Source of the DNA: Marinicella sp.
Lineage (GTDB): Bacteria; Pseudomonadota; Gammaproteobacteria; Xanthomonadales; Marinicellaceae
Length of the DNA: 64,000 nucleotides
Assembly (NCBI GenBank): GCA_965230295.1
Contig: OZ246001.1
Location: forward strand, 1,504,001-1,568,000
Direction: 5' to 3'
Shown here in pieces: positions 9,202 to 18,889 of this stretch (the stretch's first letter is position 1; each line of letters begins with the position of its first letter). A program made the translations under genes and the position numbers. The notes under the pieces are model-generated. The model was not told where the DNA came from and did not search any database. It saw nothing but the letters and a program-made list of their open reading frames with translations.

Positions 9202-9540
9202 TTAACTGGCTGCTTCGACCACTTGGCCGCAGGACCAACACAAAGCAAAATTGCCTTCATTGTGTTCACCACAACTGGCACAAGTCCAATCAGATTGTTC
9301 AACTGACTCTTGATCTTCAGCCAGGCGACTGGCTCGCAATGGTTGTAATAAGGATTTGGCTGCTGTCCAGTCTTCATCACGATGAATCCACAATTCAGGC
9401 CAGGTCTCGGTAAACGGGACTTCTCCTGCCAGGTTTCCGGAAAACTCATTCCTGATGAAGCAAGGGATGTCAGCTGCTTCCAAAACATTTTTAGCCTGAA
9501 CCACCCAAGATATCATTTCATCGACAAATACTTTTTTCAT
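9202..9540 (-). CDS. DUF2007-type signal-transducing protein with RanBP2-like Zn ribbon
   Basis: LEAADIPCFIRNE...WPELW and WTCASCGEHNEGNFALCWSC. Confidence 0.85.
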   Translation of the reverse strand: MKKVFVDEMISWVVQAKNVLEAADIPCFIRNEFSGNLAGEVPFTETWPELWIHRDEDWTAAKSLLQPLRASRLAEDQESVEQSDWTCASCGEHNEGNFALCWSCGQVVEAAS

Positions 9541-9558
9541 AGACTCATTCTAACATTT

Positions 9559-10398
9559 TTAATTGGTGCGTTGCTCCAGTAGAGTTAACAGTTGATTGCG
9601 GTATTTTTTTGATACAGGAATGGACTTACCGTTCAATAAAACCAATTCACTGGAATCCGCATTGTTTTTTTTCAGGGCTTTGCTGTGCTTTAAATTAACA
9701 ATGTAAGACCGGTGGATTCGCATGAAATCGGCATGGTCTATTGATTTTACCACTTCTGCCATGGTGCCTCGCATCGGTATGACCTGTTGGTTGGTATGAA
9801 AATAAACATAATTACCCCCTGATTCAATGGTGATGATTTCGGCTTGATCCAACCAGAACACACCTTGTTTGTTTTTGACTTGAAACTTTTTCTTTCCAGT
9901 CACGTTCTTTGTCGGTTGTTTGACTTGTGTGAAATGTTTATAAGCAGCCAACAGCAATATGAAGACAAAATAAGTCACCACATCTTTGCGGTATTCATAA
10001 AGCCATTCATTGATCCAGTCGCCAAAATCGTAGGTACTGCCCATCCAATGATAGATAAGCTGCCTGAGCCACACCATCCACAGCACATGTAACAATGAGA
10101 ACAACACTGAGGCCAACACATGAATGATGAAGTTTTTCGGCCATTTAGACACAAATAACGGGTACTTGTGTGCCAGCCTATACACGGCAAAATACAGGAT
10201 AAAAATACACACAAAAGACGTGTATTCCCAGACATATGGATGCCAGGATTTGAAGGGCACATCATTACGTAGCAAATCAGCCGATGTGGTCAGGCTGTTT
10301 TTCCAGGCTGCCAGGAAGCCCAATACAAAGACCACGGACCAAAACACCCAAATTGAATTTTTAAAGGCAGTTTTCACTGTACAAACAATTCCCGCCAC
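9559..10398 (-). CDS. Membrane-anchored LytTR DNA-binding regulator (true start may be GTG at 10377)
   Basis: Four TM segments followed by ESGGNYV..H, FMRIHRSYIVN and IPVSKKY LytTR motifs. Confidence 0.9.
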   Translation of the reverse strand: MAGIVCTVKTAFKNSIWVFWSVVFVLGFLAAWKNSLTTSADLLRNDVPFKSWHPYVWEYTSFVCIFILYFAVYRLAHKYPLFVSKWPKNFIIHVLASVLFSLLHVLWMVWLRQLIYHWMGSTYDFGDWINEWLYEYRKDVVTYFVFILLLAAYKHFTQVKQPTKNVTGKKKFQVKNKQGVFWLDQAEIITIESGGNYVYFHTNQQVIPMRGTMAEVVKSIDHADFMRIHRSYIVNLKHSKALKKNNADSSELVLLNGKSIPVSKKYRNQLLTLLEQRTN

Positions 10399-10427
10399 TC
10401 ATCCCAGAATCCGGGACACTGATCCCA
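10396..10427 (+). promoter_or_regulatory. Candidate LytTR binding site (direct repeat)
   Basis: cactcatccca (10396) and cactgatccca (10417): 10/11 identical with a 21-bp period. Confidence 0.6.
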
Positions 10428-10482
10428 AGCGGCTGTTATTGATGGATTTTTCATTTTACGATTGAGTTTTTGGATTGAGTCT

Positions 10483-11661
10483 ATGAACCCAAACACACCC
10501 ATGAATGAACGCCGTTATGACTTGGATTGGTTGCGAGTCATGGTGTTTGCCTTGCTTATTTTTTATCATGTGGGCATGTTGTTTGTTGCTGACTGGGGTT
10601 ACCATTATAAATCACAACATCAGTCCGAGTGGCTGCAAAACCTGATGATTTTACTGAATCAATGGCGACTGCCTTTGTTGTTTTTAATCTCTGGAATTGC
10701 CATCCGGTTTTTCCTCGATAAGGTGACGCTTTGGCGGTTTATCAGCCTCAGGACCTTGCGCTTGTGGGTTCCGCTGTTGTTTGGTATTTGGGTCATTGTT
10801 CCACCCCAGTTGTACATTGAAATGTTGAGCAAAGGTGACCTCCCTGACATCTCTTATGGGCAGTTTTACCAGGCTTTTTTCGACCTGTCGCACCCCTATT
10901 TTGTAGACTATACTTCAGGCATATTTCCTCATGTTGACGTCAATCACCTGTGGTACATCCGTGAACTGTGGTTTTTTTCTATGTACCTTTTGCTGGGCTA
11001 CGGGGCCTTGTCACTGTGTAAGTTGATGGCTTATCTATACGCACCTTTTCGCTCATGGCGGTTAATCACAACAGTCACTCTTTTGGTGGTTGGCATGAGC
11101 CTGTTGCAATTTTTTGTTTTTCCTGAAGGCTCAGAAGGGACCCGCAAAGCCTTAGGGTTCAGTTTCCTTTGTGTGGGCTTTTTGATCGGTTGGGAGGCTC
11201 ACTTTTGGCATCAAATCAGAATACACAGAAAACTGTTTTTGATCTCAGCGGTGGGTGCCTTTGCAGTGCTGATTACCTATTACCACCTGTACTACCCAAG
11301 CCGAGTAGGTGCACCCAAAGATGGGTTGTATTTCATCGAAAGGCTGTTGGTCTTTACCAATCGCTGGGCCTGGATCTTGGCCATCTTGGGTTATGCACAC
11401 CAGTACTTGAATCACAATCACCGCTGGTTGCGGTATTTGAATGATGCGGTTTATCCTTATTACATCCTGCACCAAACTTTCATCATTGTGATCGCCTATG
11501 TGTTTCGAGATTCAGGTGCCATTTCCCAACCCATACTGGTGATCGGCTTGACCTTTGGTGGCTGTGCATTGAGTTATGAATTGATCAGGCGTTCGGCTGT
11601 TTTGCGTTTGTTGTTTGGCCTAAAAATTGGTCAACCCGCCAAGCCAGTCACAAACCCTTAA
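10483..11661 (+). CDS. Acyltransferase-3 family (OpgC/MdoC-like) membrane protein
   Basis: RRYDLDWLR, WRLPLLFLISG, HLWY and YPYYILHQ motifs. Confidence 0.88.
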   Translation: MNPNTPMNERRYDLDWLRVMVFALLIFYHVGMLFVADWGYHYKSQHQSEWLQNLMILLNQWRLPLLFLISGIAIRFFLDKVTLWRFISLRTLRLWVPLLFGIWVIVPPQLYIEMLSKGDLPDISYGQFYQAFFDLSHPYFVDYTSGIFPHVDVNHLWYIRELWFFSMYLLLGYGALSLCKLMAYLYAPFRSWRLITTVTLLVVGMSLLQFFVFPEGSEGTRKALGFSFLCVGFLIGWEAHFWHQIRIHRKLFLISAVGAFAVLITYYHLYYPSRVGAPKDGLYFIERLLVFTNRWAWILAILGYAHQYLNHNHRWLRYLNDAVYPYYILHQTFIIVIAYVFRDSGAISQPILVIGLTFGGCALSYELIRRSAVLRLLFGLKIGQPAKPVTNP

Positions 11662-12448
11662 GGGCCAAAATACCCACTTTGAGTTTCTGGTAATCGTGTC
11701 CCAACAACCCTTGAAAGGGCACCTTGGCAATCCACTGCATGCGGTTGGCAGTGGTGCGCAATGCCATGACCATTTGAGCATCATGATCTTGGATGAATTG
11801 TTGGATGCTGTCGGTAAAAAATCCAGCATCCTCAACAAAAAACCGGGCTGTCGAATTAACCAATAAAAGCACATCACGGGCTTGGGCTTCAGCCAAATTC
11901 ATCACCGACAAAGGATCATCTTCAAAATCAATGAATGCCACTTGCTGGTTGTGTTTGTCCATCAGCATGTTGCGGATAAAACCTTGACTCAAATACTGCC
12001 CCTTCAGATGCAACTCTTTGATGGCTTGTAAACAGGCAGTGAACAATTCCTGGCGCCGGCCTTGGCTGGTGTCCTGTTGTTTCATTTCACGGATGATCGA
12101 TGACCCCACATCTTTGATCAACAACCAACTGTTCTCATGGGCGATGAGTTCGGGGACCAATATTCCATGGGATGCTAATTGCTGAATGCGCTTGATTTCG
12201 GTATTGATGGCTGCATCACCACCGGGTTGTGGCACGGCCTTCAACAAAGGTATACGCATCAGCCAACTGAAAAAATTCAAGGCGTGGTAGCGAAACACAC
12301 CCCTGGCAGGCGCCGCTTTTTTTAACCAATAATCGCCCTGATCACTGGTTATTTTCTCAATCCGCTCGGCAGAATCCATGGCCGCACGCCATCGACATGT
12401 GGCTATGCCATGCTGTTCCAGTTGTGTTTTTAATTCACTCGACACCAT
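11648..12448 (-). CDS. InaA/Kdo/BUD32-like kinase-fold protein
   Basis: YWLKK, VPELIA, LH..G.YL.QGFIRNML and FIDFED motifs. Confidence 0.65.
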   Translation of the reverse strand: MVSSELKTQLEQHGIATCRWRAAMDSAERIEKITSDQGDYWLKKAAPARGVFRYHALNFFSWLMRIPLLKAVPQPGGDAAINTEIKRIQQLASHGILVPELIAHENSWLLIKDVGSSIIREMKQQDTSQGRRQELFTACLQAIKELHLKGQYLSQGFIRNMLMDKHNQQVAFIDFEDDPLSVMNLAEAQARDVLLLVNSTARFFVEDAGFFTDSIQQFIQDHDAQMVMALRTTANRMQWIAKVPFQGLLGHDYQKLKVGILALKGL

Positions 12449-12595
12449 GGGCGGTATTGTACTGACAATACCCACACAATACCAAAGCAAAGGCTTATAA
12501 TATCCTGACAACAACCTGACATGTCACCTCTGTGACGTGTTGTGGGTTGCCTGTTGTATTGAAAATAGCGGTACTTTGAAAACATCGGAAACACC

Positions 12596-13105
12596 ATGAT
12601 TTTACGAAAACTCAGATTACAACGAGGTTGGTCCCAAGAACAGGTGGCAGAGCTGACTGATTTGTCTGTCCGAACCATTCAACGCATTGAGCGTGGCGGT
12701 CAACCCAGTCTAGAGTCTGCCAAAGCCTTGGCTGCTGTTTTTGAAGTTGAGTTATCTACTTTTCAACAACCAACAGGAGAAAAAAACATGCATAAAGAAG
12801 AACAACAACTCAACCCCATTGGATCCAACACAGAAAATCCTGTGGATGTCACTCCCGAAGAGGAAGCCGCCATCAACTATGTCAAAGGCATCAAAGAATT
12901 TTACGGCCACCTGTTCATGTTTGTGGTCTTCATGGTGGCTTTTTTGGTGACCGGTAAATTCAGCCAACCACAGGTGTTGTGGATGGTACTGGGCTGGTTT
13001 GCCGGCCTGATTATCCACGGCTTGGTGGCCTTCGAAATATTTGGTTCATTTGGTACCCAATGGGAAAAAAAACAAATAGAAAAAAAGTTAGGACGTAAGT
13101 TATAA
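12596..13105 (+). CDS. XRE-family HTH regulator with 2TM domain
   Basis: LRLQRGWSQEQVAELTDLSVRTIQRIE HTH, then two TM helices and WEKKQIEK. Confidence 0.9.
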   Translation: MILRKLRLQRGWSQEQVAELTDLSVRTIQRIERGGQPSLESAKALAAVFEVELSTFQQPTGEKNMHKEEQQLNPIGSNTENPVDVTPEEEAAINYVKGIKEFYGHLFMFVVFMVAFLVTGKFSQPQVLWMVLGWFAGLIIHGLVAFEIFGSFGTQWEKKQIEKKLGRKL

Positions 13106-13157
13106 ACCAGGTCCGCTACAGAAACATGGCGGGCCACAAACAACGAGGTGCAAAGTT

Positions 13158-13400
13158 ATGGACATGGTCACATTACAAGCCTTTTTGGGCTGGAATTTAG
13201 TCATTCACATTGGCCTGTTATTGCTGGTCTTTTTGTTCATAACTTTGGGTCGCAATTGGGTGCTAAAGATTCACCAAAGCATGTTTGGGGTGACCAAAGA
13301 TGATTTGGTGAAAATGTATTTTTATTACATCGCAACTTACAAAATGCTGATCATCATTTTCATTTTGATCCCTTATTTGGTACTGCGCTTTTTATTGTGA
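13158..13400 (+). CDS. Small membrane protein (DUF6868-like)
   Basis: gaggt RBS; motifs FLGW...IH..MFG...YK.LII....PY. Confidence 0.7.
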   Translation: MDMVTLQAFLGWNLVIHIGLLLLVFLFITLGRNWVLKIHQSMFGVTKDDLVKMYFYYIATYKMLIIIFILIPYLVLRFLL

Positions 13401-14293
13401 ATCAAAAAATCAAACCTTTTGGTGGTTTCCAACCCACTGACCGCATTGCCAAGAAAATCGCTTGGTGTCACCGGCTACCAGCGAATTGGATAGGCAAACA
13501 AGTGGCTCAGATTTTGCGCAAGCAGGTCATGTCTCAAACCCAGTTACCTTTAGATTTAACTTTCGACCAAGTGCGTCTGCGCTGTTATTTGAAAGACAAC
13601 GTTTCAGAACGGGGTTATGTGTTCATGCCGTGGCGCTGGGACAAAATTGAGCGCCAAGTCATGGTTGATGCCCTGCCCCCAGAAGGCGTTTTCATAGACA
13701 TAGGAGCCAATGTCGGCATTTATTCCGCGATCGCTGCCACCAAACTGAATCGCCTGGGTACCATTTTAGCAATTGAACCCAATCCGCCTGTGAATGACCG
13801 TTTGAGGTTCAATTTACAAGCCACTAAAAATGGTTTGGTCGAACAACCACGCATAGAAATCATCCAACAAGGCGTCAGCGACACCGAAGGAGAGTTTGAG
13901 TTGTTTTTAGATGATGACAATTTAGGTGCCAGCACCTTACTGAATCAAGGATCAGAAAAAGCTTCAATCAAAATCCCCTGCAAACCCTTGTTGGACCTGA
14001 TATCTGACCAAAAGTTGTCTCGGGTCGATGTGATCAAATGCGACATTGAAGGGGCTGAAGACCGGGCTTTGATACCGTTCTTGATCGATGCACCACACCA
14101 TCTATTACCGCATTGTTTTATCTTCGAAAACAACCAAGACCAATGGCAAGGAGATTTATTGGAGGTCTTAGAGCAAAGGAACTACATCCAAACCCACCAA
14201 ACTCGATTGAACTTTATTTATCAGTTACGCCAGCCCATACATTTCACAGCCAAAGAAAAAAAATACAAAGATGTGGTGCCCGCCGCCTGGTAA
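13397..14293 (+). CDS. FkbM family methyltransferase
   Basis: FIDIGANVG, AIEPNP and IKCDIEGAE motifs; GTGA overlap with the upstream gene. Confidence 0.88.
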   Translation: MNQKIKPFGGFQPTDRIAKKIAWCHRLPANWIGKQVAQILRKQVMSQTQLPLDLTFDQVRLRCYLKDNVSERGYVFMPWRWDKIERQVMVDALPPEGVFIDIGANVGIYSAIAATKLNRLGTILAIEPNPPVNDRLRFNLQATKNGLVEQPRIEIIQQGVSDTEGEFELFLDDDNLGASTLLNQGSEKASIKIPCKPLLDLISDQKLSRVDVIKCDIEGAEDRALIPFLIDAPHHLLPHCFIFENNQDQWQGDLLEVLEQRNYIQTHQTRLNFIYQLRQPIHFTAKEKKYKDVVPAAW

Positions 14294-14303
14294 GTCACTG
14301 GTG

Positions 14304-15116
14304 TTATTTGATCTTCAATGGTAGCCCTTTGTCCTCTCCAGGTTTACGGGCCCTTAAATACACCAATTCATAAGTGGCCGGATACAAACCATCTTCAGTG
14401 CGAAATTCCTCAAAATTTTGTGTCAGCTGCTTGATGACCTTAGGCGAGGTCAGACCACGAGGGCGGTTATTATCCACATTATGTGCGCCGATGTTTTTCA
14501 AGTCTCTCATCATGTCCACCACATTGGCATACGTCATGGTGATGAATTCTGAATCAGCTATCACGTCTGCAAACCCCAGCTGTAGTGTCAGGTCAGCCAC
14601 TTTGGCTGCTGGCACAAATTCATTCACATGAGGCTGATCATCGATGACCTGCCAGGCGGTTTTCAGTTCATGTAAGGTGTGTTCTCCCATGGTAGTCAAG
14701 TGCATCAAACCACCTGGTTTCAGCGCCCGTTTAATTTCTTGTAACACCGTACTTTCGTCACACCACTGGAGCATCAGGTTAGAAAACACCAAATCACAAC
14801 TTTGGGCATGGACATCAATGGCATGGGCATCGGTCACCCGTGGATCCACTTGTGGATGGCTGGGCACTTGATTCACCATCGCCGGAGCAAAATCTGCCGC
14901 AATGATATGAGCTTCCGGGAAGCACTTCAACAACTCTGGTACAGCCCAACCCGTGCCACAACCCAAGTCCAGGATTTGTTCAGGCGCCGCCTTGATGTCA
15001 TCATTCAAGCGCTCAAGCAAACGGTTCAAAGACTCCTTTTGCAAAATGGCATGCTGTTCGTATTGTTTGGCTGCTGCATCAAAAGCAGCTTGAATCAAAT
15101 GATGTTCTAAACTCAT
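14304..15116 (-). CDS. bioC: Malonyl-ACP O-methyltransferase
   Basis: AFD.AA.QY..HA.LQ, LDLGCGTG, SNLMLQW and PHVNEF; adjacent to bioH. Confidence 0.9.
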   Translation of the reverse strand: MSLEHHLIQAAFDAAAKQYEQHAILQKESLNRLLERLNDDIKAAPEQILDLGCGTGWAVPELLKCFPEAHIIAADFAPAMVNQVPSHPQVDPRVTDAHAIDVHAQSCDLVFSNLMLQWCDESTVLQEIKRALKPGGLMHLTTMGEHTLHELKTAWQVIDDQPHVNEFVPAAKVADLTLQLGFADVIADSEFITMTYANVVDMMRDLKNIGAHNVDNNRPRGLTSPKVIKQLTQNFEEFRTEDGLYPATYELVYLRARKPGEDKGLPLKIK

Positions 15117-15122
15117 GAGTTG

Positions 15123-15878
15123 TCAGTTAAAAGTATGGGTTGTTATCAATTCGGTCAATTCATCGGCTTGTCTGATGAAAGGTGCATGCCCAGAACCACG
15201 CAGCATGTGGTAATCACCACCACACAGACTGGCAGCTTGTTCCATGGCCTCAGGCAACACCAGCCGATCTCTGCGTCCACTGATCCATAATGAGGGTGTT
15301 TTTAGTTTTTTCAAATCTTCACTCAAGTCGACTCGCCCTAACAGCGACAATCCAACGTTCAACGCCTGGGTACTTGGCAGTGGCCGTTCGAACACTTTTT
15401 GTTTCAACACCCGCAATTGTGACCGCTCATCTTTGACACCCATCACCTCAAGGGCCAAAAACTTCTCAATGGTTTGCTTCACATCCTGCTGCAAATTGCT
15501 GGCAAATTGTGCCAACACCTGTTCTTCGGTTCCATGTGTCCAATGCGGGTGTTGGACAAAGCAAGGTGTGGCACACAACATGATCAGGGCATCCACCTTT
15601 GCTGGATTTTTCAGTGCCAAGTTGAGCGCCAACATCCCCCCCATTGACCAACCCAACCACAGTCCGGCAGGCACGTCATTGGCTTCTGCAGCCAACTGGT
15701 GTAAATCCAACGAGAGGTGTTCCTGGTGGTTCAAGCCATGACCAGGCAAATCAATCAAATTTACTTGAAAATGCTGTGACAAGTCTTCTGACCAGTCATC
15801 AAACAAATGTGCGTTCATGCCCCACCCATGTAAGACGTTTAAAACCGGCCCTTGGCCTTTGGTGGAAACAATTTTCAT
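15123..15878 (-). CDS. bioH: Pimeloyl-ACP methyl ester esterase
   Basis: LHGWGMN, DLPGHG, GWSMGG, D.LV and GHAPF motifs. Confidence 0.9.
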   Translation of the reverse strand: MKIVSTKGQGPVLNVLHGWGMNAHLFDDWSEDLSQHFQVNLIDLPGHGLNHQEHLSLDLHQLAAEANDVPAGLWLGWSMGGMLALNLALKNPAKVDALIMLCATPCFVQHPHWTHGTEEQVLAQFASNLQQDVKQTIEKFLALEVMGVKDERSQLRVLKQKVFERPLPSTQALNVGLSLLGRVDLSEDLKKLKTPSLWISGRRDRLVLPEAMEQAASLCGGDYHMLRGSGHAPFIRQADELTELITTHTFN

Positions 15879-16056
15879 CAGGAAGCTGCGTCAGCTGAAA
15901 TTCATGGAAGCGGTATTATACAGAATACTTTGATAAAGCACATCGTCATTGATGGTGAGTGGCCTGCATAGCCAGATCAGATAATAAATACAAATTCATG
16001 GCGCAAATCAAATGTGGTTTTCGCATGAATACATATATTCATACAAGAGAACAACA

Positions 16057-18240
16057 ATGAAACCCATGCAACTGTTATTGACCTTACTTCTGGGCTTTGC
16101 TGCAAACAATTTGTGCGCTGCTTATCAATTCAACAACCAGTTTTTTGGCGGGCCTAACCAAAGTGTCTTTACCCTCAGCGGTGATTTGAACGGTTTTGTT
16201 GCGGCCAGACAATCGGTACCCGTCGAATATATGAATGAAGCAGGTGATTTAGAGTGTCATGTGTTGTTCAGAAAAACCGCCAATTCCTGGCAATCAATGG
16301 GTGATATTGGATCAATCAACAATGGTCAAGATTGTCCTTTGATCACAGGAGGTGCATTCCCTATTCAAGCGGTTGAAGCGTTTGGGCCTGATACCTGTAT
16401 CGGTGGAGAATTCACCAATTTGGGCGGTGTGGCCGGGTTGAGTTATTTTGCCTGTTATTCTGATTCATTGGGCTGGTATCAACCCAATGGCATTGGCAAC
16501 GGCCCCAATGGGCCGGTGTATTCGATAGATTCAGATGCCTTGAATTTATACTTGGGAGGCGCATTCACCGAAGTCGATGGCGGTACCAGTGCCCGACGGG
16601 TGGTGAAAACCGATGGTTTGTTCTGGACGCCTTTGTACACTGATAACCAACAAACCAGTGATGGTGTCAATTCGACAGTTCAAGCGGTCTTTTCCACCAC
16701 CAGTTTCCTGGTCATTCAAATGGGCAACTCAACCATCACCTGGAACCCTTCAGTGCCTGAGTTTTTGGTCAGGGGAACACACAATGGCAATGCCGCATCC
16801 CATCCTGATGTGGTTATCAATGGTTCCACATTGACCGTTTCAACACGTGGTGCCTCACTGGTATCAGGGGATCCCGGTGGCAGCATTTCAGATTTTAATA
16901 TTGGTGGCGAGGAATGGTCAGAGTTTGGCATGACCGATGGTATTGATACCGATTTTGGTCAATTGGCTTTTGGCCTGGGTCCTTTGTATGCCACCGGGGA
17001 TTTCACCAGTTTTGATCCTGATGCCAGAGGACTTGCTTGGTACAACAGCATCACCTGGGAAGCCGCACCAGATGCAGCCTTGTTAGGCGATTTAGCCACC
17101 ACCCCACCTACAGATTTACAGCAAGGTGGTTCCCAGTTTTGTGTGTTGACCCAAGGGGTTCCTACCGATGCTGAACTGTATTGGAACACCCAGGTTTGTT
17201 ACGATGGCAGCAATTGGCAAGGCGACAATCAAGCTCCCATCTCTAACATCATCCAAACCATTGGTGAATTTAATAACCGCATCATTCATGGCGGCGATTT
17301 CAACGCCATCGGTGATCAAATATCGCCATTTGTGGGTGAGTTGGGTTCTACCAACCTTTGGACAGCCATCAGCCAACTGGCCTGGAGTGGCGCAGGTTCA
17401 GGGCATGTACGTCATTTGCAGGTATTTGATGGTGAACTGTATGCCACAGGCCTTTTTGACTCCGCCAATGGCGTCCCTGTACAGCACATAGCCAAATATG
17501 ATGGCACCAACTGGTCGCCAGTCATCACTGGTCTGAATGCCCTGAACGGTCACATGACTGTCTGGAACAACCAACTGATCATCCAAGGCACTTTCAACGC
17601 CATGGGACCCATCCTGACCTGGGATGGCAGTAACATCGGTGAAGCCGGGAACTTCAACCAAGGCGGCATCATCACTGATTTATCTACCCATCAAAACGAC
17701 TTGATCCTGGCCAATTTAGCCGCTGGAACCAGTCGCCTTTATGCATACGATGGTGGCACATGGCAGACTTTCGCCGGGACCCTACAAGGTGTCATCAACA
17801 CCACTGAGTCAGTGGGTAATCACTTGTATGTGGGTGGCGATTTCAGCAGTGCATGCAACACGGTGGATTTTGTGTTCGCTGAAAACATTTTCAGGTGGGA
17901 TGGCACGGGTTGTGACGCTTTGGGGGCAGGCGTCACCAACTCAGGCCCGATTGTCGGCATCAGCGACATCGTGCCCTATGGCAATGGCGTGATTGTGACT
18001 GGTCGCTTTAACCAAGCCGGTGGCCAAGCAGCCAACAGTTTGGCAATTTGGAATGGCAACAATTGGTTGGCCATGGACCAAGGGTTGGTGGATGGCATCG
18101 ACGAAGGTCAAGGCAATGCGTTGTGGATGAAGGACAACGCCCTCTATGTGGCTGGCTATTTTGAACAAGCCGGGGCGGTGTTATCACACAACTTTGCTTC
18201 AGTTGACCTGGATCCCTTGTTTAAAAGCGGGTTCGAATGA
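16057..18240 (+). CDS. Secreted beta-propeller-like protein
   Basis: Signal peptide, repeated LYVGG.F...IA.WDG..W blades, and C-terminal DPLFKSGFE. Confidence 0.75.
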   Translation: MKPMQLLLTLLLGFAANNLCAAYQFNNQFFGGPNQSVFTLSGDLNGFVAARQSVPVEYMNEAGDLECHVLFRKTANSWQSMGDIGSINNGQDCPLITGGAFPIQAVEAFGPDTCIGGEFTNLGGVAGLSYFACYSDSLGWYQPNGIGNGPNGPVYSIDSDALNLYLGGAFTEVDGGTSARRVVKTDGLFWTPLYTDNQQTSDGVNSTVQAVFSTTSFLVIQMGNSTITWNPSVPEFLVRGTHNGNAASHPDVVINGSTLTVSTRGASLVSGDPGGSISDFNIGGEEWSEFGMTDGIDTDFGQLAFGLGPLYATGDFTSFDPDARGLAWYNSITWEAAPDAALLGDLATTPPTDLQQGGSQFCVLTQGVPTDAELYWNTQVCYDGSNWQGDNQAPISNIIQTIGEFNNRIIHGGDFNAIGDQISPFVGELGSTNLWTAISQLAWSGAGSGHVRHLQVFDGELYATGLFDSANGVPVQHIAKYDGTNWSPVITGLNALNGHMTVWNNQLIIQGTFNAMGPILTWDGSNIGEAGNFNQGGIITDLSTHQNDLILANLAAGTSRLYAYDGGTWQTFAGTLQGVINTTESVGNHLYVGGDFSSACNTVDFVFAENIFRWDGTGCDALGAGVTNSGPIVGISDIVPYGNGVIVTGRFNQAGGQAANSLAIWNGNNWLAMDQGLVDGIDEGQGNALWMKDNALYVAGYFEQAGAVLSHNFASVDLDPLFKSGFE

Positions 18241-18271
18241 ACCCATACATTGACCAGGTGGTAACAACAAG

Positions 18272-18838
18272 TCACTGCATTTGGGTGATAAGCCAGGCCC
18301 TGGCAGCAGTCCAGTGGCGGTTGACTGTACGCGATGATGTGTTTAATGCCAAGGCAGTCTGCTCAACATTGAGACCGGAAAAATACCGCAACTTAACCAC
18401 GTCTGCCATCATCGGATCTTTTTCCTCAAGCTGTGACAGAGCACGATCCAAAGCCAAGATTTCGCCGCCCATGCTGTCTTCCAGAGCCACATCAATATCC
18501 CCGGTATGGGGCGCATTGGCACCACGTTTTAAACTGGCTTTGGCACGCGCGGATTCAATCAGTATGCGGCGCATGGACTCAGCCACTGCGGCAAAAAAAT
18601 GGCGTTTAGAATCCCAATTGAGGTCCGGTTGATTAACCAGGCGCAGGTAGGCTTCATGAACCAGTGCAGTTGGGGTTAATGTGTGGTTGGCTCGCTCGGA
18701 TTGCATCTTGGCTTGGGCCATGCGCCGCAATTCGACATAGATCAGGTTCAACAGCTGATTCTGTTTATCCTGATCACTGATGTCGTCTCTGGTCAACAGC
18801 GCTGTAACTTGTGAGCGGGTTTGGTCAAGCGAATCCAT
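18272..18838 (-). CDS. ECF-type sigma factor (kinase-associated group)
   Basis: ELRRMA, HTLTPTALVHEAYLRL, HFFA..A.SMRRIL, LRYFSGL and RHW.AARAWL. Confidence 0.92.
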   Translation of the reverse strand: MDSLDQTRSQVTALLTRDDISDQDKQNQLLNLIYVELRRMAQAKMQSERANHTLTPTALVHEAYLRLVNQPDLNWDSKRHFFAAVAESMRRILIESARAKASLKRGANAPHTGDIDVALEDSMGGEILALDRALSQLEEKDPMMADVVKLRYFSGLNVEQTALALNTSSRTVNRHWTAARAWLITQMQ

Positions 18839-18889
18839 GTTGTTATTGTAACTCAGCTCAAACTAAAAATTATGCGATAATCATAGACA

